This document shows positions 26,641 to 39,037 of a stretch of 57,631 nucleotides of DNA, one piece after another. This DNA comes from Chiloscyllium plagiosum (Eukaryota): NCBI RefSeq assembly GCF_004010195.1, contig NC_057719.1, positions 74,287,063-74,344,693 of the forward strand. The letters run 5' to 3'. Position 1 is the first letter of the stretch. Every line of letters starts with the position of its first letter. The position numbers and the translations under genes are program-made. Under the pieces are notes generated by a model. That model made no database searches. It had not been told where the DNA came from and worked only from the letters and a program-made list of their open reading frames with translations.

Positions 26641-28550
26641 CATCAGAAACCAATCTGTACCAACTTTCTAAATGCCTAACAAGGTGACTTCAGGTGAGAA
26701 CTCATGCAGGGTGTTCTTTCGTGAAACCGGAAACTGACAGGGCTCAGGAATCATTCTCTTAGTACCAGGCCTGTCTTTGCTCGAATTGAAGAGTTGGGCC
26801 CCATCAATAGAAAAGAAATGTGATTAGGGTTAGGCAATAATCATCCACCCTGGGAATATTACTGGTACAGCATGCCAAGGTAAATATCACAAATGGCATT
26901 CAAACAGTTTTCTAGCAGTGCACATATCCAGGAAATATTGAAGAAAATTAGATATTCTGAATAATTCTATCAACTGTTCTTCAACTGGTACTTCAGTAAA
27001 GAATAGCAGCTACTCACCTGTATCAGACATCTTCACACAGCTAGGGTGTGTATACTATCACTGCTGTGACCTGTGTGCACGTCACAACAATCACAGAAGC
27101 TGTTAGATTTGAGAGACAATGATTCAAGTTAGCTAGTTCCATAACGGGTGCAGAGTTTTATTGTAGGAGTCTGGAAAAGGACATTGCAATTCATTGAGGT
27201 GTAATAAATCACTGAGACATTCCCCAGAAAGTCCTTGCCTCCATGCAGGTTTTAGTGTTAATTCTGCACTTTGAGGCTGGAATGAGGGCACCTCCATAAA
27301 GAAGTCGTCTTCAACTGTGTGATTAGGGAAACCTCCATCTGCCAGAGCCTAGCAAAGGGAAGTTGTCTGATATTCACCTGTCTTCAATGTCGACTACTGC
27401 AAAACGAGGCTGAATGTAAGTACATGAACTCATACTGAAGAGGAATTGTGCAAGTCATCAACAGTGATGAGTCATGGCCAAGATTAGTACAGGTTTTACT
27501 CCACAATGAAATCTTGTGCTCCATAAATTACTTAGGTCGTGCTTTCCAATTCAGAGACTGACTCCATTGCCAGATGACACACCACACAGTGATATCAACT
27601 GAACTGTGATCGCAAACACAAAATGTTTGGCCCTTTTAGTTTATCAGAACACAGTAGGCCGGTGCAAGGTCCACAGTCTTACACTGTTCCCAGGTACATT
27701 GAAGATGCTGAATGTGGTTTTCAGTTTTTCATTCCAAAGTTCCTGTGGTGTCCATAAGTGCCACAGCACACCTGACACTATGATAGTGATTCTTCAGGAT
27801 GGTGTCTCTCAAGGGACCCAGCATTCATAATTTATCTGAATCCTTATCCTCTCCAAGAGTTAACTCAACTCTGCCGTTCATCTCTTCACTTTACCTTTCC
27901 TCTGAACTTCTTGGACAAATAGCAGCCCCTTTGTTCTCCTGGCTCTGATGATTTTCTGATTGCTGGGATACACCAGGCCATCCACCCTGTCCCTGCTGAT
28001 CTCACTTGCATCGACTGTGCGACAGCTCCTTCCTCTGCCTCCAACAGGGAAGCCACAGAGCCCGTTTGATCCCAGGATCTCGCAGAGAGAGAGAGAGAGA
28101 GAGATGCTAGGGGGTGCACTCATTCTAATTGGGATCCACCACTGAGACCAAAAAGGAGGACTAGTGGCTGTGAGCCAACTGAGGGCAGTGGTGCTATGAA
28201 TTTGAACCCTGAGAGCCAAGTGGGGGGTTGGGCAAGCCAGAAATACAGCCACACATAGTTGATGGCAATGACGGAGGTAGCAAGCTATGTGGGTAGGAAG
28301 TGGGAGTAGGGATTTGGTTGTGCAGGTCAGAAAGGTGAAATTATTGGAGTGCATAAAGATCAGTCCTAGGGCCTCCAATTATTTGCCAAGTATTTAAATG
28401 ACTTGGAGGTGGGGGCAGTGTGTAATATATCCAAATTTGCTCATGGTGGAAAAATCGGTGTGAGAACATGTTGTGGTGAAGACATAAGAACCTGAAAGGG
28501 TATGTAAATATATTGAGTCAGTGGGCAAAAACTTGGCAGTTTTGTATTTT

Positions 28551-28881
28551 GGGTAGCACAGTGAGTCAGTGGTCAGCACTGCTGCCTCACAGCGCCAGGG
28601 AACTGGGTTTGATTCCAGCCTTAGGAGACTCTCTGTATGAAGTTTGCAAATTCTCCCAGTGTCTATGTGGGTTTCCTCCCACAATCCAAAAATATGCAGA
28701 TTAGGTGAATTGGCCATGCTAAATTGCCCATAGTGTTCAGGGCTGTGTGGGATAGGTGCATCAGTCAGGGGTAAATGTGGAGTAATAGGGGAATGGGTCT
28801 GGGTAGGATACTCTTCAGAGGATTAGTGTGGACTTGGTAGGCCTGTTTCCACATTGTAGGGATTCTAGGATTCTGTGATTC
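28551..28881 (+). mobile_element. HE1-like V-SINE inserted in an old CR1
   Basis: tRNA head, shortened V-domain, ctgtttccacattgtagggattct tail. Confidence 0.82.
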
Positions 28882-29102
28882 TTAATATAGGAAAATCTGA
28901 GATCATGCAGCTTCATATAAAGCCAGACTGTGGTTTTAAATAGAGAGAGATTCCAAAAGTGCAGTTCAGAGGGATCTAGCTGTTTATAGGCTCATAGATA
29001 TACAGCACGGAAACAGACACTTCAGTCCAACTTGTCCATGATGAACAGCTATACTGAATTAATCTAGTCCCATTTGTCAGCACTCGGTCCATATCCCCCA
29101 AA

Positions 29103-29323
29103 TTCTGGATTAGAGGTGCTGGAAGAGCACAGCAGTTCAGGCAGCATCCAAGGAGTTTCGAAATTGACGTTTCGGGCAAAAGCCCTTCATCTGATTCCTG
29201 ATGAAGGGCTTTTGCCCGAAACGTCGATTTCGAAGCTCCTTGGATGCTGCCTGAACTGCTGTGTTCTTCCAGCACCACTAATCCAGAATCTGGTTTCCAG
29301 CATCTGCAGTCATTGTTTTTACC
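29103..29323. mobile_element. Palindromic non-autonomous Penelope-derived element with 14-bp TSD
   Basis: 89-bp inverted arms 29103-29191 and 29200-29288; TSD ccatatcccccaaa at 29089-29102 and 29324-29337. Confidence 0.85.
29193..29230 (+). ncRNA. Minimal type-I hammerhead ribozyme motif
   Basis: CTGATGA-a-gggc(tttt)gccc-GAAA-CG-TC; palindromic ACGT at helix III; helix I pairing is weak. Confidence 0.6.
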
Positions 29324-30504
29324 CCATATCCCCCAAACCCTTCCTATTCATATTGCCATCTCGATGCCTGTTACATGTTGTAATTATAGCAGCCTCCACC
29401 ATTTCCTCTGGCATTTCATTCCATACATGTACCACCCTTTGCATGAAAACGTTGCCCTTTAGGTCCCTTTTAAATCTATCCGTTCTCATCCTAAACCTAT
29501 GCCCTGTAGTTCTAGACTCCCCCACCCCGGAGAAAAGACCTTGTCTATTTGTCGTATCCATGCCCCTCATGATTTCATAAACCTCTATAAGGTCACCTCT
29601 CAGCCTCCAATGCTCCAGGGGAAACAGCCTCAGCCTATTCGGTCTCTTCCTATAGCTTAAATCATCCAACCCTGGCAACATTTTTGTAAATCTTTTCTTA
29701 ACCCTTTCAAATTTCACAACATCCTTCTGATAGGATGGAGGCCAGAACTGCACATGGTATTCCAAAAGAGGCCTAACCAATGTCCTGTACAGCTGCAACA
29801 TGACATTCCAAATCCTATACTCAATGCCCTGACCAATAAAGGAAAGCATACGAACTGTCCTCATCGCTATCCTAACTCAAACAAAATATTAATGCACATG
29901 TGCAACATGTAATTAAGAAAGCAATTTGAACTTCACTCTTTTTATTGTAGGGGTTTTGGAATTTAAAAATTTGGAAGGCTTGTTCCACCTGCACAGTGTG
30001 ATAGTGAGGCCATACCTGAAGTACTGTTTTCTGGAAGCAGTCTAAACAAGAGTCACTGGACTGATTCCTGCAATGGAGAGGTTGTTTATGATTGACAAAG
30101 TGTGCCAGCAAATTACAAAGTCAAAAGCTGAAATGGTTTGTATTGGTGTACATGAGAAAGATATATTTGTTATAGGGAGTGAACAAAGAGGATCTTTCAT
30201 TAGAAACCGAATGGCTTTTTAAACTGATTTTGTCAAATACTGTAAGTTAGTTAGTACATGGAGTACAAACTTAAGTCAGTACAAACTTATTTTATAGTTT
30301 TAAGTGTCAGGTGAACCTTGCTATGACTTCAAAGATTAATTAAATGCAGTTTTAGCAACCTTACTTTTTGTGGCTGCATCTTGAATTTGAGATTTCAATA
30401 AGACACTATTGTGCAACAGTTTATAAAAACCTAGATATTTTTTACAATAATCGTGCTAAGTAACTCAGTGAATTGTGAAACTCGTACGTGTAACACAGAC
30501 TGGA

Positions 30505-32890
30505 TCCGCTTTTGTTTGTCATCACAAATGATTTGGATAAAAATATGGGAGGTATATTTACAAAGTTTGTAGATGACATCAAAATTGGTGGTGAAGGGGA
30601 CGCTGAAGAAAGTTACCTAAGATGATAAAGAGATCTTGATCAATTGGGTTAATGGGCTGAGGCATGGCAAATAGAGTTTAATATGGATAAATGGAAGTGT
30701 GGAATTTTGGTAATACAGGACTTCTCCTGACAAAGGAGAATGCTCCGCAAATTTGTGATTTGTAATAAACCCATTGGAATATAATCAAGGGTCGTCTGAC
30801 TTCTGAACTTGTCCACCCCAGTCCAACACCAGCACCTCCACATCAGGACTTAATCAGTTAATGGTATGGCCCTGGGAACAAAATATTAATGCATATGTGC
30901 AGCAAGTAATTAAGAAAGCAATTAGAACAAGGGGACCTAGGGGGTTCAGGTACATAATTCTTTGAAATTTGTGTCACAGGTAGACAGGGTTGTCAAGAAA
31001 GCTTTTAGCATACTTGACCTTATTGCTCAGACCTTTTGAGTATAGGAGTTGGGACGTCAAGTTGAGATTGTACAGGATGTTAGTGAGGCCTCTTCCGGGA
31101 GTACTGTATGTAGTTCTGGTTGTAGGAAGGATATTATTAAACTGGAATGGGTCGAAAAACATTTACCAGTACTTTGCCGGGTCTGGAGGATATAAAATAG
31201 ACTGGAAAGGCTGGGGCATTTTGCATTGGAGTGTAGGAGGTTGGCGGGGGAGTGACCTTAGAGGTTTGTAAAATATTGAGAGGCATTGATAAGGTGAATA
31301 GCAAAGATATTTTTCCCAAGGATGAGGAGTTCAAAACTAGCAGGTATATTTTTAAGGTAAGAGCAGAAAGTTTTAAAAAGAACATGAGGGGCAACATTTT
31401 TGCACAGTGGTTCATACGTAGAATTAACTGCCAGAGAGAGTGGTGAATGCAGATACAGTTACAACATTTAAAAGACGCTTATCTAAATTCATGAATAGGA
31501 AAGATATAGAGCGAGATGGGCCAAGTATCAGATCTAAAAGTTGAAGTTCTAAATTGGAGAAAGGCCAATTTTGACGGTATTAGGCAAGAACTTTCAAAGC
31601 TGATTGGAGGCAGATGTTCGCAGGTAAAGGGACGGCTGGAAAATGGGAAGCCTTCAGAAATGAGATAACAAGAATCCAGAGAAAGTATATTCCTGTCAGG
31701 GTGAAAGGAAAGGCTGGTAGGTATAGGGAATGCTGGATGACTAAAGAAACTGAGGGTTTGATTAAGAAAAAGAAGGAAGCATATGTCAGATATAAACAAG
31801 ATAGATCAAGTGAATCCTTAGAAGAGAATAAAGTAAGAGTATACTTAAGAGGGAAATGAGCCGGGCAAAAAGGGGACATGACATAGTTTTGGCAAATAGA
31901 ATTAAGGAGAATCCAAAGGGGTTTTACAAATATATTANNNNNNNNNNNNNNNNNNNNNNNNNNNNNNNNNNNNNNNNNNNNNNNNNNNNNNNNNNNNNNN
32001 NNNNNNNNNNNNNNNNNNNNNNNNNNNNNNNNNNNNNNNNNNNNNNNNNNNNNNNNNNNNNNNNNNNNNNNNNNNNNNNNNNNNNNNNNNNNNNNNNNNN
32101 NNNNNNNNNNNNNNNNNNNNNNNNNNNNNNNNNNNNNNNNNNNNNNNNNNNNNNNNNNNNNNNNNNNNNNNNNNNNNNNNNNNNNNNNNNNNNNNNNNNN
32201 NNNNNNNNNNNNNNNNNNNNNNNNNNNNNNNNNNNNNNNNNNNNNNNNNNNNNNNNNNNNNNNNNNNNNNNNNNNNNNNNNNNNNNNNNNNNNNNNNNNN
32301 NNNNNNNNNNNNNNNNNNNNNNNNNNNNNNNNNNNNNNNNNNNNNNNNNNNNNNNNNNNNNNNNNNNNNNNNNNNNNNNNNNNNNNNNNNNNNNNNNNNN
32401 NNNNNNNNNNNNNNNNNNNNNNNNNNNNNNNNNNTTTTTCAGACTGGAGGCCTGTGACCAGTGGAGTGCCACAAGGATCGGTGCTGGGCCCTCTACTTTT
32501 TGTCATTTACATAAATGATTTGGATGCAAGCATAAGAGGTACAGTTAGTAAGTTTGCAGATGACACCAAAATTGGAGGTGTAGTGGACAGCAAAGAGGGT
32601 TACCTCCAATTACAACAGGATCTGGACCGGATGGGCCAATGGGCTGAGAAGTGGCAGATGGAGTTTAATTTGGATAAATGCATTTTGGGAAAGCAAATCT
32701 TAGCAGGACTTATACACTTAATGGTAAGGTCCTAAGGAGTGTTACTGAACAAAGAAACCTTGGAGTGCAGGTTCACAGCTATGGGCTGGGCGCTGGCAGG
32801 TGGGACTAGATTGGGTTGGGATATCTGGTCGGCATGGACGGGTTGGACCGAAGGGTCTGTTTCCAAGCTGTACATCTCTATGACTCTAAG
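30505..32890 (+). mobile_element. Adjacent CR1 fragments spanning the N gap; Penelope-derived insert 30724-30843 with 8-bp TSD caggactt
   Basis: [51 protein letters not shown]. Confidence 0.85.
31938..32434. other. Assembly gap (497 N)
   Basis: Run of N inside a CR1. Confidence 1.
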
Positions 32891-33419
32891 TGCAGCCAAG
32901 TAGGACTAGTTTAGTTTAGGAATATGGTAAGCCTGAACTGGTTGGACCAAAGAGCCTGTTTCCATGCTATATGACTCATATGACAACAGCTAAATAGATC
33001 TTCACATTCTGAAGAGGAGTCACTCGACCTGAAATGTTAACTCTGCTTTCTGGCCACAGATGCTGCCAGACTTGCTGAGTTTTCTCAGCAATTTCTATTT
33101 TTGTAAACAGATTCGGCCTATGTTCATTAGAGTTTAGGGGAATCAAGGATGATCTTATTGAAACATGCAAGATTCTGAGGTGACATGGCAAGGTAGATGT
33201 TGAGAACCCATTTATTGAATGAAGGTACATTCATTTAAAACTGAGATGTGAAGCAATTTCATCTCTAAGGAAAGTGAATACTAGAATTCTCACCTCAGAA
33301 ATATGTGGAGGCTCGATCACTTAAAGTATTTAAAAAGAAGGTAGGTAGATTTTTGCAATATTAAGCATTTAGTGCTATGAGGAGCTGACAAAAAAATGGT
33401 GTTGAAGCCTGAGGCAGAT

Positions 33420-33722
33420 CTTAGAACTGAAGGGCATAGGTTTACGGTGAGAGGGAAAAAATTTAAAATGGACCTAAAGGGCAACTTTTTCATGCAGAGG
33501 GTGGTGCGTGTATGGAATGACATGGCAGAGGAAGTGGTGGAGACTGGCACAATTACAACATTTAAAAGGCGTCTGGTTGGGTATATGAATAAGAAGGGCT
33601 TAAAGGGATATGAGCCAAGAGCTGGCAAACGGGACTAGATTAGGTTATGATATTTGGTCGGCATGGACGAGTTGGATCGGAGGGTCTGTTTCCATGCTGT
33701 GCATCTCTGACTTTGTGACTCT
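33420..33722 (+). mobile_element. CR1 3' end
   Basis: GHRFTVRGKKFKMDLKGNFFMQRVVRVWN; 3'UTR gggtctgtttccatgctg. Confidence 0.85.
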
Positions 33723-34135
33723 TAAGTGGTGGACAGACTTCAGATGCTAAGTGCCCTACTCATGTTCTTAATTCTTAAGTTCTCATGATTACAATGGTTA
33801 TAAAGTTAAGCCACTGAACAGACTTGGCGGCCTGAAATATAGTCCAGCTTAAAGTCATGCACCTTACATTGTGCTAAGCACATGACTTACATCCTCACCT
33901 GTAAAGGTGAGACACTGAAAATGAATATTTTAAACTTCACCCCACCACCCCATAATAATCACCCTTTCCCAGTTGTGACAAAGGGTCACTGGACTCAAAA
34001 CATTAACTCAGTATTTCTCTCTGCAGATACTGGAGGACCTACTGAGTTTCTCCAGCAATTTCTGTTTTGATTTCAGATTTCCAGTGTCTAGTATTCTTCA
34101 TTTTATAAAAGATAAAGATTTGTTTGCATTTGCAG

Positions 34136-34338
34136 GAAATGGGCCATTTCCAGGGGTGATTTCTGTGAATGAAATAAAAGGCGGATTGTTAGAATACAGA
34201 TCCAGTCTGTTGGCAAACCATGGTTTTACAACACTAGCGTTAGCCTACCATAATTACGATGACCTTCCAAAAGGTGTGATTAACTTGGACTTAGGATATT
34301 TTGAAGAAGCTGTACATTTTTTGAAGCAACATCCAAAG
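34136..34338 (+). CDS. ACOT gene B, exon 2 (203 nt)
   Basis: Acceptor tttgcag|[40 protein letters not shown]...[16 protein letters not shown]; donor AAG|GTAAGT. Confidence 0.93.
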
Positions 34339-34809
34339 GTAAGTCACATTATCAAATAAACTGTTTTAGTGGTAACTTGTGCACTGAAATAGAAAAGTTC
34401 AGTTGACTTGCTGTTTATCTGTGTCAAAGACATTTGATAAGTATTATGTCATCTAAAGAAGCCTGATTAGCTTAGTTCAACAACTACCGTGTGGTTCAGA
34501 ATGATGGCATGAGTTCAATTTCTGTTCTGGCTGAAGTAGGCTCTAGACCTTCCCCACCTTACCTGATTGATACAGAGTGATCATGCTCCAACTATATAAC
34601 AAATTGTTGCTTTCTAATAGCGAGACAAACTCTTGTTTCGCTTTAATAGGAGGAGTTGCCTATGATTTCTTATGGGTGAGGCTAAATATTTGCTTACCCA
34701 ATGTCATGTAATATGTGTTGTATTTTCATGTACTTCACATTGCTAGTGAACTAGACCAGTCAGTTAGAAAACACCTGGAGGATGTAGTCACTGGGTAAGG
34801 AATCACTTA

Positions 34810-35320
34810 GAGATCACATTGTCATACAGCATGGAATCAGACCGTTCAGTCCAACTCATCCATGCTCACCAGATATCCTAAATTAATCTAGTTCCCTTTG
34901 CCAGAACTTGGCCCATATCCTTCCAACTGCTTCCTAATCACATACCCATCCAGATGTCTTTTAAATGTTGTAATTGTATCTGCCTCCATCACTTCCTCTG
35001 GCAGCTCATTCCATACATGCGTTACACTTTGTATGAAAACATTGCTACTTAGGTCCCTCTCATTATAAGGCTATACCCTCTATGTTTGGACTCCCTTGCC
35101 CTCAGGAAAAGACTTTGGCTATTCACTGTATCCATGCCCCTCATGATTTTATAAACCTCTAAAAGGCCACCCCTCTGTTTCCAACACTCCAAGGAAAATA
35201 GCCCCAGCCTGTCTAGCCTCTCCCTATAGCTCAAACCCTCCAATCCCAGCAATATCCTTGCAAACCTTTTCTGAACCTTTGCAAGCTTAACAACATCATT
35301 TCTATAGCAGAGAGACAAGA
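34810..35320 (-). mobile_element. CR1 3' fragment
   Basis: VQKRFARILLGLEGLSYRERLDRLGLFSLE. Confidence 0.85.
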
Positions 35321-36039
35321 ATGCTGTGTTTGTTCCTTTAACCAACCGGCATGTTGTACCATGCAGGGTGGAGAGCACTTAGGCTGACTGTGGGAGAACC
35401 AGGTCAGAAAGCCTAACAGGTTCAGGATTATTAGGTTGTACCAAGTCAAACTGGATACAAGGTTCAATTTACTTGATTTATATTGGTTTGCAACTGGTGA
35501 TAAACCTCAATTATTGTTTTTTGACTTCTCATATTGCACATTGTGGATGAGTCAAGATGATTTCCTTTCATCAAAGCCTTCTGATTCTTTCCTTTTTTAA
35601 TGTGTGTAAATGTGCACTTTCTAGTTGTTTCCATATCAACACAACCCTTTCACACATCATCTCAACTTTTCTCTGCTCTATTGGATGCCATAATTGTAGA
35701 ATGTGGTGCAGTATATAATTCATCTATTGAAAATTACAATGAATTACCTCCAGTTGGGAGCGTAAGAACTTGTATGAGGAGAATATCAGAAATTCCAGAA
35801 TATGGAATGCCAAAGGTGACAAAGTATATCCTGTATTTCTGTGTCAAGGAGGAGTGAGAAATTGATTATTCGCTGTTGTACTACTTGTTAATCCATTTTA
35901 CCTAAACGAATCCATGAAGTGAATCCATATTCAACAGCCTGAGTACGAATTAAGGGTTCTTAATTATGAGCTTCGGGTCTCTTTATCATTTCCCTACGTT
36001 TTCTAGGCAAGAAAACAGTGTGGCAGTGATATAGATATT

Positions 36040-36912
36040 AGAGGATCTTCAATGTTGCTGGACACATGGCAGATAAAAATTTAATGCAGAGGGGAAGTAT
36101 GAAGTAGTAAGTGTTACTGGGATCAATGACGAAAGGCAATATAAGATAAAGGGAATGATTCCAAAGAGGTTCGAGAGCTGAGAAGACTAGGGTGTAGCAT
36201 GTTCATAAATTCTTTGTAGCGAGACAGGTTGAAAAGGCTATTATAAATAGTCATTGGCTTCAAAAGGCAGAAAGTTATGGTGGTCAGAAAGTTATCCCCT
36301 CACTGTCTTTTGGTTGCCCTAATTGTTACCATGCACCCCAATGACCTATACTTCCTGGTCCCCTTTAGCAAACTGTTTCAGCCTCAGTTGGAATGTTACA
36401 TTCAACTCTGGGTACCATACCTTGAGAAGGATGTAAACGTATTAGGAGGGATGCAGGGGGAAAAAAGATAATGGAATGGTTCTCGGAGTGAGGTACTTCA
36501 GTGACACGGACAAGTGGAGAAGCTGGAATTGTTGTCCTTACAGGAGGGAAGGTTGACAGAAGATTTGATAAAAATTGTCCAAATCTTGAGTGGTCTAGAT
36601 AAGAGAGAAACAGTTCCACTGTTGTAGGGCAGAGAACCAGAGGACACAGATTTAAGGTCGTTAGCAGAAAAAAAATCAACATCAACAACATGTGGGGAGA
36701 TGGTTTAATCAGTAAGTGCTTAGAATTCTGATTGTGCTGGCTGAAGGTCTGGTGGAGGCAAACTCAATCATAGCTTTTAAAATGGATTTGTGCAAACACA
36801 TTAATTCTGAAATGCTGACGAGGAAGGGTGAGGGGACGGAACAAGCTGAACTGCTCTGATAGAAAACTAGCATAATGAGCAGAATGGCCTTCCTCAATGC
36901 TATAACCATTCC
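36040..36912 (+). mobile_element. Old CR1 3' fragment
   Basis: PQLECYIQLWVPYLEKDV; 3'UTR gaatggccttcct. Confidence 0.7.
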
Positions 36913-37518
36913 ATGACTAATGTAAACCTGGTTTCTTACAACCCAACATTGCAGCTAGGACTTCAAGTGGGCGTTGAGTTTGCAAAAGATCTTACACCAG
37001 GTTCAAACATGGACTTTGAACATCCATGGTTTTGCCACATAACAATATACCAGACAGTAGGAGTCTCACTCCTTTTGAATGTGGGATGTTTTTACATTTT
37101 AGAAGGCTATTTATTAGGCAAATTTTAGTTACAGCAAGCATTTGTACAGCAGTTTAAGAAGGCAGGAACCCTCCTGATTGATCACATTAACTTTGTTCCT
37201 TTAATTATATTTGTGTCCCATGTCTAATCACATTTGTCCAGTACACACACATGACACAGAGGAAGTAAAAAATGAACTCCATGAATTCTTTGTTGCCCAG
37301 AAACACCGAGAGCTATATCACAATGAACTCTATTAACTGTTTGCTTCTCACATCATATGGTCATATTCCAAGGTCAAATTCACATTAAAAGGTGATTGTC
37401 TTTAACATACATAACCTTATTCTTGTAGTTGATTCCCTCTTTCAGGTTTATGTTCTTAGGGTTTCAAGCTGTTTAGGTATGTGTTGCTCTTAATGAATAT
37501 TTTGGAAACAACTTCCAG

Positions 37519-38088
37519 GTTAAGGGTCTTGGTGTTGGAGCAATTGGAATATCAAAGGGTGCAGATTTGGTTCTCTCGATGGCCGCCTTTTTACCAGATG
37601 TGCGAGCAGCCGTTGTTATCAACGGATGCATTACAAGTGCTGAGTTTGGATTGTCCTTCAAAAATAAACTAATTTCTACTGGTCTGCGTCATACTGTAAG
37701 CCGAATGAAGATTGCAGATTCAGGAGTTGCAGACGTGTCAGAGGTTATTAATGAAGTTGACAAGGGCAGTATAATCCCGATAGAAAACACCAAGGGAACC
37801 ATCCTGTTCATTGCTGGAGAAGAGGATAAGAACTGGAATAGCAAGCACTATGTTGATGAGGCTGTAAAACGACTCAAAGAACATGGCAATGATAGGTTTG
37901 AGGTCCTCCATTATCGAGGATCTGGACATTACCTGGAACCTCCATTTTTCCCCTTTTGTTATGCCTCTTATCACTCTGTGCTGAACATCTGTACAAAGTG
38001 GGGAGGAAATGCCAAGGACCATTCATCTGCTCAGGTGGAATCGTGGCAAAAAATTCAAGCATTTTTCCGAAAGATCCTACACCAATAG
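37519..38088 (+). CDS. ACOT gene B, exon 3 (catalytic domain, stop TAG)
   Basis: Acceptor cttccag|GTT; VKGLGVGAIGISKGADLVLSMA (Ser elbow), AGEEDKNW (Asp), YRGSGHYLEPP (His); ends FFRKILHQ*; 570 nt, the same length as gene A exon 3. Confidence 0.94.
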   Translation, partial: VKGLGVGAIGISKGADLVLSMAAFLPDVRAAVVINGCITSAEFGLSFKNKLISTGLRHTVSRMKIADSGVADVSEVINEVDKGSIIPIENTKGTILFIAGEEDKNWNSKHYVDEAVKRLKEHGNDRFEVLHYRGSGHYLEPPFFPFCYASYHSVLNICTKWGGNAKDHSSAQVESWQKIQAFFRKILHQ

Positions 38089-38711
38089 AGGGCAGCAAAG
38101 AGGAAACTCAGAAAATGCTGTACCATCTTGGCATACTGACATCATGAAGATGTCATGTTACTGTTTGAGTATTAGCTACCATTAATTTTGTATTTGCTTT
38201 GCATTAAATCATGGACCTTCCAAATTTTAATCTTGCTATGAAATTTAATTTAATGCCTTTTTGGGGTAAATTTCAAATAAGAACAATGATTAATTTGGCT
38301 GATGCATTTTCACAGTCATTTTTGCACCATAGTGACTAATGGCTAAACTCTAATAATCCTGGCTGAATGTTAACATGTGGGTTGTGTCAACTGTCCGTAA
38401 ATCATTCTACCTTGGTAAATCAAAACAATCTATTTCTAACTTTTCCTTTCTCCTACCAACCATGCAGTGATCTATTCACTTCATTTCTGCAGGGACCAAC
38501 TGGATCAATGCACTTACTTACTTCTGCTGTTAATTTAAAAAGTATTGTATTAAAAATAACTTATTCATATTTCATTGACTGATTTAGATTTTATGAGCTT
38601 AATGGTGAAGGTGAATGTCAAACTTTATCTGTGGCTATGCTGTAACTAAATGTTAAGATTGATTTTGTTGACAGTCAAATGTAGTTGTGTTTCTTATACT
38701 ATGCTACAGAT

Positions 38712-38750
38712 ATTAAATAAATTAGCTATTCTTAGTGTGTAATATGTGTC
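38712..38750 (+). terminator. Candidate polyadenylation signal of gene B
   Basis: Overlapping ATTAAA/AATAAA at 38712-38721 followed by GT-rich gtgtgtaatatgtgt, about 630 nt after the stop codon. Confidence 0.45.
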
Positions 38751-39037
38751 ATCTCACATTCTTAATCTTTAAAGTTCACTGGAAACTATCTCAATCTCAC
38801 ATTACCCTTTAAATAACTGCTGATGGAGTCATTTTTATATGGAGAATTGTCTAACAGGATATATGTTAATTGCTTCTGTTGAACAAGTAGGCATAACATT
38901 GAATGAACTATTCAAATGTCACGGTGAAATGGCGATGTAAATGCCTTTGCAAAGTGGAGCCTTTACCAGCTCATCAATTGACCAAAGTAAGGTAATTTAA
39001 CCAATCTCAATAAAAGAAAATGTATATTCTAAATGAT

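Larger units (their letters stand above)
28990..29875 (-). mobile_element. CR1 3' fragment interrupted by a fold-back element
   Basis: 181-aa ORF 29319-29864 (CR1 ORF2 C-terminus); 3'UTR resumes at 29102. Confidence 0.9.

Noticed and set aside
29103..29323. Fold-back elements as DNA-transposon MITEs or miRNA genes
   Set aside because: TSDs differ in length (12-14 bp), the palindromes have one-sided extensions, and the cores are Penelope-type hammerheads; no miRNA evidence from sequence alone.
19547..34135. Exon at 18982 and exons at 34136/37519 belonging to separate genes hidden by the gap
   Set aside because: Phases join correctly, no other ACOT exons are visible, and the gap is flanked by colinear CR1 sequence; not formally excluded without transcripts.
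38086..38150. Cryptic peroxisomal SKL by stop read-through in either ACOT gene
   Set aside because: In-frame extensions end ...TILAY* (gene B) and ...RFLFT* (gene A); no PTS1.
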